NCBI RefSeq assembly: GCF_000299365.1
Contig: NC_018655.1
Span: forward strand, 1,470,001 to 1,502,000
Source of the DNA: Candidatus Nitrosopumilus koreensis AR1
Lineage (GTDB): Archaea; Thermoproteota; Nitrososphaeria; Nitrososphaerales; Nitrosopumilaceae
Direction: 5' to 3'
Length of the DNA stretch: 32,000 bases
Numbering within the stretch: position 1 is the first letter of the stretch; every line of letters starts with the position of its first letter. A model generated the notes under the pieces. That model worked only from the letters and a program-made list of their open reading frames with translations, was not told where the DNA came from and did not search any database. Positions 1 to 8,063 of this stretch are shown piece by piece. The translations under genes were made by a program, and so were the position numbers.

Positions 1-14
1 AATCGTCTTATAAA

Positions 15-335
15 TCATTGAGATATTATTTTACGATAAGTATGCCCACACAAGTAGCAAGATATTCTGATCGACTTGACAGACGCTCTACCTAAACGGA
101 TTCTAGAATTCACTCCAGGGGCAATGAATGATTTGCATTTTTTACAAAAAACCATTCTAAGCTCATAAGGCATTCGGATTTTGTGTCTAGTACTAATCCT
201 TCTAGCAAGAAGTGCCTGGCGCTGAGAGAGTTTGGGATTTTCTTTTGCATTACTGATTGCATTTTTTATTAGAATGTGCATTCTCTCCATTGCAAGTTTT
301 CTTACTGCAGGTTTCACAATAATTTCTGAGGTCAC
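15..335 (-). CDS. rnp4: RNase P protein component 4 (Rpp21/Rpr2 family)
   Basis: 106-aa ORF with a C-terminal zinc ribbon (CKKC ... CYLCG). The N-terminal helical segment (AMERMHILIKNA ... QRQALLARRIS) is typical of archaeal Rpp21. The first codon of the tracked ORF is GTG, so the exact start is uncertain. Confidence 0.75.
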   Translation of the reverse strand: MTSEIIVKPAVRKLAMERMHILIKNAISNAKENPKLSQRQALLARRISTRHKIRMPYELRMVFCKKCKSFIAPGVNSRIRLGRASVKSIRISCYLCGHTYRKIISQ

Positions 336-364
336 ACCTAAAAATTACTTGTTATTAGAAAAGA

Positions 365-438
365 TGCAGTCAGCGGGATTCGAACCCGCGTCACAGGGTT
401 GGAAACCCCGAATACTAACCAGGCTATACTATGACTGC
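365..438 (-). tRNA. tRNA-Gly (anticodon UCC)
   Basis: Hand-folded cloverleaf on the minus strand. Acceptor stem GCAGTCA/TGACTGC plus discriminator A; D stem GTAT/GTAT with loop AGCCTGGTTA; anticodon stem CGGGG/CCCTG with loop TTTCCAA (anticodon TCC); T arm GCGGG-TTCGAAT-CCCGC. No CCA is encoded and there is no intron. Confidence 0.9.
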
Positions 439-460
439 AACAGAATGCAAATTTTGAGTC

Positions 461-1129
461 CTACATAAAAATGGTTTTTTCACACTCATACAGCATTCTG
501 GCAACTACAGTGTGTCCTTCAAAGGATTCATCGCCAACCGAATACATTTGAGTGAACTTTTTTTCAATTATATCTGAAAAGTGTCCCTTTTGGAATCCCC
601 CAAATACAAGGCAGGAGTCATTTGAAATATCGGCAGCAATTTTTTCATAAGAGTTCAAGTCGCCTTTGGTAGAAAACCCCAGTACATTTGATGGGTTTAT
701 TTCATCTACTAGTTCTGGAAATGTTTTGTCTTTGATTTCAAGTAGGACATTATTATTTGCAATTATCTTTTTTTCTTTATACAATTTTTCAATTAAACCT
801 TCGAATCGATGATATGATTTTGGCACATGCACATTTGATCCAAAAGAAATTACCTTATCATCAACTGTATGAACATAAAATTTGATTTTATTTTTTTGGT
901 AAAGTGGAATTGTTGTAGCTTCAAGTATTGAAAAATGTACAAGGTCTGGCCGTCCTCTTTTCAATTCATTGTCAATTCCTTTCATTGCTGCAAAATGCCA
1001 TGAATTATCCAATAGAATTTCAGATGGATGTTTTCCCAATTTTCTTGCATGGGAAATTACAGATGGATGGTGTTTTAATTCAGACGGTACAAGCTCTAAT
1101 GCAGATTCTGCTAGAATTAAAGAAATCAT
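461..1129 (-). CDS. nep1: Ribosome biogenesis methyltransferase Nep1/EMG1 (SPOUT family)
   Basis: 222 aa. It aligns by eye along its length with archaeal Nep1: LILAESALELVP, RGRPDLVHFSIL, YVHTVDDKV, PKSYHRFEGLIEKL, VFGGFQKGHF. ATG start; the upstream gene's stop is 1 nt away. Confidence 0.85.
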   Translation of the reverse strand: MISLILAESALELVPSELKHHPSVISHARKLGKHPSEILLDNSWHFAAMKGIDNELKRGRPDLVHFSILEATTIPLYQKNKIKFYVHTVDDKVISFGSNVHVPKSYHRFEGLIEKLYKEKKIIANNNVLLEIKDKTFPELVDEINPSNVLGFSTKGDLNSYEKIAADISNDSCLVFGGFQKGHFSDIIEKKFTQMYSVGDESFEGHTVVARMLYECEKTIFM

Positions 1130-1130
1130 T

Positions 1131-2258
1131 TTAGTTTATCATTTGAATTTGATTTTTAAATTCATTCCAACTTGGTTTTGGATTGCCGTTCTCATCAAAT
1201 AATCCTGCATTACAGACGTAATGGTTTAGTCTCTCAATTACATGCTCACTACTTCCAAAACCAGAACCGCCAATCTCAAGTTTGCTTTCTCCAATATCCT
1301 GTGCTTCAAATGAGCAAGTTCCTTCTGGCTTGTCATATTGTCTATACCAAGTAAAAAACTCCAACTCTGATTCATTTTCTGTATAAAATTCAAAAGATTT
1401 TCCTACAAATTCAGTCTGAGAGTCTTCACTTCCACCAACAAAGTCAGATGTGCTCCAACTAATCTCAAAGATTGCAGCCTTTTTCTCACCTGCCAAATCA
1501 AAAATTTGTTCTAAATCTTCTTTTGCTTGTTGTGGAGTTTTTACCATCTCATTTAGGACATCAACAGGAGAGTAAGAAAATGCTACAAAATCACCAACAT
1601 CTAGATCAGTTACGATATATCTCAAGTTCTTACTCAAAACTTGGTGTAATGCAAATGAATTTCCAATTTTTACATCAGGATGTTTTTCTTTGATTTGGTC
1701 ATACACTCCTGTGAACAGTTCTTTGTAAGCAGGAATGTTTTGTTCATGATATCGGAATTGAGATTCTGTTTGTCCTGCAAGAATCACTGTATCAATAATG
1801 TCATATCGTGATAAAATTGCATCAAGTACGCTAACTACTCTATCTTCTCTAAGAGATTGAATTGGTGGGTTTCCAATCCAACTTGGGAAAGGTCCAAGAG
1901 TTTCTCCGTTAATTATTGAAAAGTAAAGTGTAACTTTGAGATCATTTTTTTTGTTAAAGCTCATCAGTGCATCAGAATATTGCCAATCATATTCCCCACG
2001 CTCTGGTTCAACTAAATTCCAGAAAAGATAGACGTTGCTTCGTCCAATACCAGATTCAGATGCAGTAGAATAGATCTCATCTAGGTCTTGCAGTGTTACA
2101 GATTGAGTTGGAGGATTTATGACTAGTCCAATTTTATCATTAGTTTTTTGAGGAATAACTTCAGTATCTGGAATGCTAAGAACTCCAGCTGCAATTGCTA
2201 TAACTACAGCTATAACTACGGCTACACCTACAGTCACGCCTAGAATCTTCTTATCCAT
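1131..2258 (-). CDS. N-terminally membrane-anchored extracytoplasmic protein, glycoside-hydrolase-like (TIM-barrel) suspected
   Basis: 375 aa with one N-terminal TM helix (GVTVGVAVVIAVVIAIAAGVL). The segment NVYLFWNLVEPERGEYDWQYSDALMSF resembles the W..EP..G.YDW signature of clan GH-A hydrolases. The family assignment is not verified. Confidence 0.4.
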   Translation of the reverse strand: MDKKILGVTVGVAVVIAVVIAIAAGVLSIPDTEVIPQKTNDKIGLVINPPTQSVTLQDLDEIYSTASESGIGRSNVYLFWNLVEPERGEYDWQYSDALMSFNKKNDLKVTLYFSIINGETLGPFPSWIGNPPIQSLREDRVVSVLDAILSRYDIIDTVILAGQTESQFRYHEQNIPAYKELFTGVYDQIKEKHPDVKIGNSFALHQVLSKNLRYIVTDLDVGDFVAFSYSPVDVLNEMVKTPQQAKEDLEQIFDLAGEKKAAIFEISWSTSDFVGGSEDSQTEFVGKSFEFYTENESELEFFTWYRQYDKPEGTCSFEAQDIGESKLEIGGSGFGSSEHVIERLNHYVCNAGLFDENGNPKPSWNEFKNQIQMIN

Positions 2259-2304
2259 AAGAACTCAAAAAGAAAAGAAAGTAAAAAAGTTGTGATTCTG
2301 TTAT

Positions 2305-4956
2305 TTATCCAGACGTACAACCACTAAATCCGCATTCAATGCAGATACTGCAACCTTCTACAAATACAAGATTGTTTTTGCATGTTGGGCACAGACGATC
2401 TTCTGAAACTTCCTCTGATTGAATGGGTTCAGATTTTATTTCTTCATCATGTACCTTTAATGCAAGTGCTGCATTAACTTGGGATTTGATGTAGGGATTT
2501 GTTATTTGTTTTGTAACATATTCTGTCACATGTTCACTAGGAGTAACATCAAATATTTTTTGAGCATTCTCACTTGTCATGTGAAGAACTTGTTTGTGTC
2601 TAGAGCCATCACGGTAAACTGTAATTCCCTTGAGTCCAATTTCATGGGCTAACAGATATGCTGACTTTACATCTTCTGCAGTTACATCATATGGCATGTT
2701 GATTGTTTTTGCAATTGCATTTCCAATCCAGTCTTGCCATACACCTTGAGCCATAAGGTGATCAGACCAGTGAATATCCATTGCAGTGACAAAGACATCT
2801 TGCATCCATTGAGGAATTTCTTCGATCCCTTTCAATGAACCATAGTTGTCTGCAATCTTTGCAAGAATTTCATCTGTGTATAGATTATTTTCTTTTAGGA
2901 CTTGTTCAACAATTTTGTTTGTGTAGAAGAATCTTCCTACAGTAACTCTCTTCTCAAAGACCAATGCAAATGCAGGTTCCATTCCATTTGAACAGTCTGC
3001 AATCATTGACAGAGTACCTGTTGGGGCTACAGTTGTAGTCAAGACATTTCTTATTCCGTATTCCTTTATTTTTTCAATCAATGCATCCCATTCATAGGAG
3101 TGGGATTCTTTTGGTTTTTCATAATAACCTGCAACTGGAATCTTTCCTTCAGGATATTCAGTCTTAGAACACAATGGGAATTCACCACGAGATTTTGCAA
3201 GGGCTACACTTTCTTCCATGGAATAATATGTTAGGGCTTCAGAGAGTTTGGATTGTAATTCATATCCTTCTTTGGAGTTGTATGGAATTCTTAGTTTGTA
3301 CAACAGATCAGCTACTCCCATTACACCTAAACCAATTCTTCGAGATTCTTTTGATGCTACGTTGATCTCTGGTACTGGATAGTTGTTAACATCTATGATG
3401 TTATCAAGGAATCTAGTAGTCTTTCTGATTGTTTCCTCATATCTTTGCCAATCAAATTCATAGGTTCCATCTGCTTGTCTCTTGACAAGATTTACCAAAT
3501 TGATTGAACCAAGATTGCATGATTCGTATGGGTAAAGACTTTGTTCACCACAAGGATTTGTTGCACGTAATGGTGCTTGTCTTGCTTTTGCAAACACGTT
3601 GTATTTGTTAATTTGATCAAAGAAGATCAAACCAGGTTCTGCACTCTTCCATGCAGACAATGCAATCAAATCAATTAATTGATGTGCATTGATTTCTTTG
3701 ACTGGTTTTTTGTCACGTGGACTACGTAAGACATAGTTTCCATCACTGGTATTTACAAGTGCATGCCAAAAGTCCTCCCAAATACCTACACTGACGTTAA
3801 AGTTTTCTAAAACTCCAGGTTCTGTTTTGTTTGTGATGAACTTTTCAACATCTGGATGCCATGCTTCAATAATTCCCATGTTAGCACCACGTCTCTTTCC
3901 ACCTTGCTTTACTACTTCAGTTACAGTGTTAATGATGTTCATAAATGACACTGGACCTGATGCAACGCCTGATGTAGAAGCTACAATATCACCTTCTTCA
4001 CGAAGATCAGAGTAGTTTATTCCCACTCCACCACCGGATTTGAAGATTAATGCTGCATCAGAAGTTGATTTCATGATTTCTTCCATGCCATCATTCATTC
4101 CAAGCACAAAACATGCAGAGAGTTGACCTAGTCTGCCACCTGCATTCATCATTGTTGGTGAATTTGGCAAAAAGTCTTGTGCAACCATCAGATCAAAGTA
4201 TTCTGTGATTTTGTCTGCATAGCTGTCTAGTTTTTTAGCTGCAAGCAATGTCAAAAGTTCTTTGAAGCTTACTTTCATCTGACCCTTTCCTGCAAGAGTC
4301 ACATAGTGGTTGATGAGTGATCTGAAATGCCATTTGTTGAAGAAGTAATCTCCAACTTTGAATTTGTAATCAAAGGCATCTAGTTTTTCAAGATAAGATT
4401 TTGCTTCCTCTACGTCTTGAGTAGTGTGCCCTGACTTGTCAAATACTTGTGCATCATACAACATATCACCAATCCCTACAAGAATTGCAACTCTCTCAAA
4501 CATCTGAGTTGGAGACTCAATAATCTCATTTTTTCCATTTCTGAAAAGGTATCTTGATGCTAAGACTCTGAGACAGTTCAAGTCAAACTTTTTGGAAACT
4601 GGATCTAAGGCCTTTAGATTTAGGACCTTCATCTTTTCGTCTCTTAGTTTTCGTCTCTCATGTCTGTAAACAATGTAGGCTTTAGCAATATCGCTATTAC
4701 CACTATCAATCAAAGTAGACTCTACAATATCTTGAATGTCTTCAACTGTAGGTGTTCTAGAACTAGTAAATCCTTGTTCTACTAATTTGTTAACAACATT
4801 ATCTGCTAACTGGTCGGCTAGGCCACGGTCGGCTTTAGAGGTGGCAGCCAATGCCCTGAATATGGCATTTGAAATTTTATCTTTATTGAAAGCCGTAACT
4901 GCGCCACTGCGCTTACGGATCTCACTGATCGTATTTTCTATTTGTGAATTATCCAT
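2305..4956 (-). CDS. nrdJ: Ribonucleotide reductase, class II (adenosylcobalamin-dependent), with N-terminal ATP-cone and C-terminal zinc ribbon
   Basis: Motifs: N-terminal ATP-cone (IRKRSGAVTAFNKDKISNAI), NPCGEQSLYPYESCNLGSINL, TVAPTGTLS, C-terminal CPTC...CSICIECG. The tracked ORF begins with TTG at 4986, so I place the start at the ATG at 4956 (MDNSQIENT). Confidence 0.9.
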   Translation of the reverse strand: MDNSQIENTISEIRKRSGAVTAFNKDKISNAIFRALAATSKADRGLADQLADNVVNKLVEQGFTSSRTPTVEDIQDIVESTLIDSGNSDIAKAYIVYRHERRKLRDEKMKVLNLKALDPVSKKFDLNCLRVLASRYLFRNGKNEIIESPTQMFERVAILVGIGDMLYDAQVFDKSGHTTQDVEEAKSYLEKLDAFDYKFKVGDYFFNKWHFRSLINHYVTLAGKGQMKVSFKELLTLLAAKKLDSYADKITEYFDLMVAQDFLPNSPTMMNAGGRLGQLSACFVLGMNDGMEEIMKSTSDAALIFKSGGGVGINYSDLREEGDIVASTSGVASGPVSFMNIINTVTEVVKQGGKRRGANMGIIEAWHPDVEKFITNKTEPGVLENFNVSVGIWEDFWHALVNTSDGNYVLRSPRDKKPVKEINAHQLIDLIALSAWKSAEPGLIFFDQINKYNVFAKARQAPLRATNPCGEQSLYPYESCNLGSINLVNLVKRQADGTYEFDWQRYEETIRKTTRFLDNIIDVNNYPVPEINVASKESRRIGLGVMGVADLLYKLRIPYNSKEGYELQSKLSEALTYYSMEESVALAKSRGEFPLCSKTEYPEGKIPVAGYYEKPKESHSYEWDALIEKIKEYGIRNVLTTTVAPTGTLSMIADCSNGMEPAFALVFEKRVTVGRFFYTNKIVEQVLKENNLYTDEILAKIADNYGSLKGIEEIPQWMQDVFVTAMDIHWSDHLMAQGVWQDWIGNAIAKTINMPYDVTAEDVKSAYLLAHEIGLKGITVYRDGSRHKQVLHMTSENAQKIFDVTPSEHVTEYVTKQITNPYIKSQVNAALALKVHDEEIKSEPIQSEEVSEDRLCPTCKNNLVFVEGCSICIECGFSGCTSG

Positions 4957-5161
4957 TATAATCTCCCCGTAGAGGGTTATGATCAATGAGAGTATAAATG
5001 GTTTGTCAGTTTTTGTCTAAAAATTCGGTTCAATAAAATTGACAACGGTACTATGAATTTCATAACGGCATAACTTGCACAGTAGACGATGATCGTACAG
5101 GTCTGAAACAGATCAAAAAGTTTTCAAAAATGATCGTAACTAGTTTGCTCAGTTATGAAAT

Positions 5162-7327
5162 TCAGACAACGTACGGAGACTTGCACTTTGGACACTTGTC
5201 ATCAAAGGGTTCGTCCTTGAACCCACATTCACCGCATATTGCAATCTCTTGAACAGGTTTAAAGGAAGTCGTAAGTTCTGATGCTTTCTCAATTGCCTTT
5301 TTGATTTCTGCAGGCTTAGCATCCTTTGCGATTTTCAACGTTACAAACAATCCTCCGTTAAGCAGCTTTGAGAGCTTGTTGCATTCAGATATTGGCTCGC
5401 TTTTGTTAGTATAGTCAGAGATCTCAGATGCACTAATTTCTATTCCTTCTGAGTAAGAATCGCCATCCATAGAGTTCAAAGAGGAGTTTTTACCGTATTT
5501 CTCACCATCTAGGGTTGCAAAACGAGTAGAACTCTCAGTCTCAGTCATGCAAATAGCCACAGGATCACCTAATTCTTTGCCTTTTTTGGCTCCAACATCA
5601 ACTGCGGTCTCAATTACCTTGTGAAGGATTTCATGCCCTTCCTTATTATCCTTGAATCCAAGAATGTTAAAGACTGCCTCCTTGAGGCCCACTAAATTAA
5701 TGACTAGTGAAACAGTGCTTCTTTGCATGTACTGGGTGTTTTTAGCCAAGATGGGATTCAGTCCGCGTCTTGTCAGATCCGAGATGTCTTTCTTTCTTAG
5801 TGCCATAGATGACAAAGCTGGTTTCATCAACAATGCCAATCTTGCTCTAAAGTAAGTTTCATCTTTGTTTGATTCAAATGCTAATCTTGGAAGGTTAATT
5901 GATACTGATTGGAGCATAATTGATAGTGGACCAGAACTTTTGGTTGAGCCGTTTGTAACTCCGTAACTTGATGTTTGTCCTTTAGCAAACATAACTTTAC
6001 CACCAATTGAAATTATTTCGGATACAGCTTCAGAGACATCAGTAATCTTTCCTTTTTCATTGTCTATGATCAAACCAATTTTTGGAATTGGTGTGATCTT
6101 TGCATAGTTTTGATATGCATTAATAATTGAATTAATTATTTTTGTATCAGATCCTAGTTGCAATCTGATTGAAACATTAGTACTTGATTTGTTATATTTG
6201 GAAGTTGTAGATGCAGTTGCAAATGCTGCAGTTAATTTTTGTTCTAGTTCTGGAAGTGACTTTGAATGTTTTGAAAATAATTGAACTAATCCATCAAGTA
6301 CAATTTCTTGTGAAGCTTCTTTTGAAAGAAGTGAGATTACAACAGACAATGCACTGGTAATTTCGTCTAATTGTTTTGATGCAGGAATTCTTGAGACATC
6401 AAGATACTTTCCACCAAGATCTATTCCATCTTCAATTAACTCTTTAACATTAACAAAAACTGTATCAGGAATCATTGACCATACACCAGGATTTGCAATA
6501 TGTAGATCACCAGAGAGATGAGAGTCGGCTACATCTTTTGGTAAGATGTTTGTAAGAAGATGTTCAGCAAAAACTCTTTGTCCTGTTTTAAACAAGAGAC
6601 CTTCAGCACCGTTATCTACATTATCTAAGTTGGTAATCATCTCTTGAACATCATAAACAGGCAAGCCTAGGCGTGCAAGCTTGTTACGATATTCTTCGTG
6701 ACCGTGCTCAAGGAGCACAGAATTCACCATTTCTCTGATAAGCGAGCCTGTAAGATAGGTAGTCTGATACTTGTAAATTCTGTTTTCAACTTCTTCAGTA
6801 ATTTTTTGTGCAAGTTCAAGTGGAAGACTACCCTCACGAACAAGTGACTGAATGATTTTATGAGAATTAAATTCTTCAATGGATTCATGTGATGTTCTAA
6901 CATACATCTTTCCACTTTCAATAATTGATCTTTCTTCGATTTGTCTTGCTAAGCTCAAAACTAATTTTCCAAGATTTGTAATTGTATAACGTCTTTCAGA
7001 TTTGTTTAATGCAACTAGTGATTGTCTAAGTAATTTTCTCAAGTGGTATGCAAATTTTCCACTTTCTTTTTTTGATTTGAAACCGGCAAGTGATTTTAGT
7101 TCTGAATAAGTTAAAGGACCTTTTGAATTTAGGATTCTTAAGATATCGATTCTGTTAGGGCTTGCCATTACAGAGAAGATCATTCTGACACGTTTTGAGG
7201 TAGACTGTAAAATGCCACCCCGTTTTGATGAATCCGAATCGTCATCCAAGTCTGCATCTAGATCATCGTCTTCGACATCTAGATCACCTTCAAGATCTAA
7301 TTCTAGTTCTTCATCACTCATTTTCAT
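5162..7327 (-). CDS. Multidomain protein: acidic N-terminus, winged-helix (ArsR-like), ATP-cone, NrdD-like body and terminal zinc ribbon, with no glycyl-radical motif
   Basis: 721 aa. wHTH: NRIDILRILNSKGPLTYSELKSLAG. ATP-cone: MYVRTSHESIEEFNSHKIIQSLVREG...REMVNSVLLEHG. NrdD-like block: ADSHLSGDLHIANPG. The C-terminus CGECG...CPKCKSPYVV ends directly after the second CxxC, with no RVxGY-type glycine-radical segment. Confidence 0.6.
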   Translation of the reverse strand: MKMSDEELELDLEGDLDVEDDDLDADLDDDSDSSKRGGILQSTSKRVRMIFSVMASPNRIDILRILNSKGPLTYSELKSLAGFKSKKESGKFAYHLRKLLRQSLVALNKSERRYTITNLGKLVLSLARQIEERSIIESGKMYVRTSHESIEEFNSHKIIQSLVREGSLPLELAQKITEEVENRIYKYQTTYLTGSLIREMVNSVLLEHGHEEYRNKLARLGLPVYDVQEMITNLDNVDNGAEGLLFKTGQRVFAEHLLTNILPKDVADSHLSGDLHIANPGVWSMIPDTVFVNVKELIEDGIDLGGKYLDVSRIPASKQLDEITSALSVVISLLSKEASQEIVLDGLVQLFSKHSKSLPELEQKLTAAFATASTTSKYNKSSTNVSIRLQLGSDTKIINSIINAYQNYAKITPIPKIGLIIDNEKGKITDVSEAVSEIISIGGKVMFAKGQTSSYGVTNGSTKSSGPLSIMLQSVSINLPRLAFESNKDETYFRARLALLMKPALSSMALRKKDISDLTRRGLNPILAKNTQYMQRSTVSLVINLVGLKEAVFNILGFKDNKEGHEILHKVIETAVDVGAKKGKELGDPVAICMTETESSTRFATLDGEKYGKNSSLNSMDGDSYSEGIEISASEISDYTNKSEPISECNKLSKLLNGGLFVTLKIAKDAKPAEIKKAIEKASELTTSFKPVQEIAICGECGFKDEPFDDKCPKCKSPYVV

Positions 7328-7463
7328 GTACCTTTCTAAAAAAAAGCACTAATTAAGACTTATGACAGTATTAATTTGGATCGTTTTTGATCATTTTTCT
7401 AAATGCATACAAGGGTTTTAGATCTAATTTTGAAAAATTATGAAAAAGATCAGATAACATAGA

Positions 7464-7625
7464 TCATTTTTCTTGAACATCTAATGAAAATTCCGATGTA
7501 GAGAGTTTCTGTCCACATGACGGACACTTTCCACTATAAGGATTCATTACATCTTTTAGAGATTTTAACATCTTCATGTTTGTGATCTTTTCACCACATT
7601 TTCCACATGTAACTTCTACAGACAT
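7464..7625 (-). CDS. Small zinc-ribbon protein (53 aa), below the ORF-track cutoff
   Basis: Hand translation gives MSVEVTCGKCGEKITNMKMLKSLKDVMNPYSGKCPSCGQKLSTSEFSLDVQEK. It has an ATG start, a TGA stop and two CxxC pairs, and it lies in an otherwise unassigned 370-nt gap on the same strand as its neighbours. Confidence 0.5.
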   Translation of the reverse strand: MSVEVTCGKCGEKITNMKMLKSLKDVMNPYSGKCPSCGQKLSTSEFSLDVQEK

Positions 7626-7696
7626 GATAATGATCATTGATGCAAAATAATTAAGAATCGATTCTGATTTTTTTTAATTAATTCAAACAAATATTT

Positions 7697-8062
7697 TTAC
7701 TGTTTTTCGATGATGATTCCTCTTTCATCGAAACCAGTAATTTTTGCTCTAGTCCCAACCGGAAGATCAGAAGGGGTAGCAATTCCTGCCATAAATCCTG
7801 AAATCCTCAAATCAGAATTATCCAGTTTGAGCACAACAAAGGCATATGGAGTATATTTCTCAAAGCCTGCAGGAGCCACAGTAATTATGGTATAAGTGGC
7901 AATTTCGCCAGTACCCTCCAAAAGCACATCCTCAAATCCCTTACTGCCACACTCTCGGCAAAAATATGCTGTAGAGAGATGAAGATATCCACAATCAGTA
8001 CACTTGTGAGTTAGGAGTTTACCATTTTTGGCGTTTTCAATTACTTGTTCTTCAACAGACAT
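7697..8062 (-). CDS. DUF35 OB-fold/zinc-ribbon protein (thiolase-associated scaffold)
   Basis: CTDCGYLH...CRECG rubredoxin-like zinc ribbon followed by an OB-fold-like C-terminus. The ATG at 8062 lies 1 nt after the thiolase stop. The tracked TTG-type extension to 8113 overlaps the thiolase and is unlikely. Confidence 0.8.
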   Translation of the reverse strand: MSVEEQVIENAKNGKLLTHKCTDCGYLHLSTAYFCRECGSKGFEDVLLEGTGEIATYTIITVAPAGFEKYTPYAFVVLKLDNSDLRISGFMAGIATPSDLPVGTRAKITGFDERGIIIEKQ

Positions 8063-8063
8063 T

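Noticed and set aside
365-438. tRNA-Gly as a possible integration site for a genomic island
   Set aside because: No integrase, direct repeat of the tRNA 3' end or other mobile-element gene is visible nearby. The flanking genes are core housekeeping genes.
232-468. 78-aa plus-strand ORF spanning the rnp4 5' end and the tRNA-Gly gene
   Set aside because: It overlaps a clear tRNA and a clear CDS on the opposite strand and has no domain signal, so it is spurious.
4957-5161. Possible cobalamin riboswitch in the leader of the B12-dependent RNR
   Set aside because: I could not recognise a B12-box or the conserved riboswitch core, and such riboswitches are not established in archaea. The region is better described by the TGATCGTA repeats reported above.
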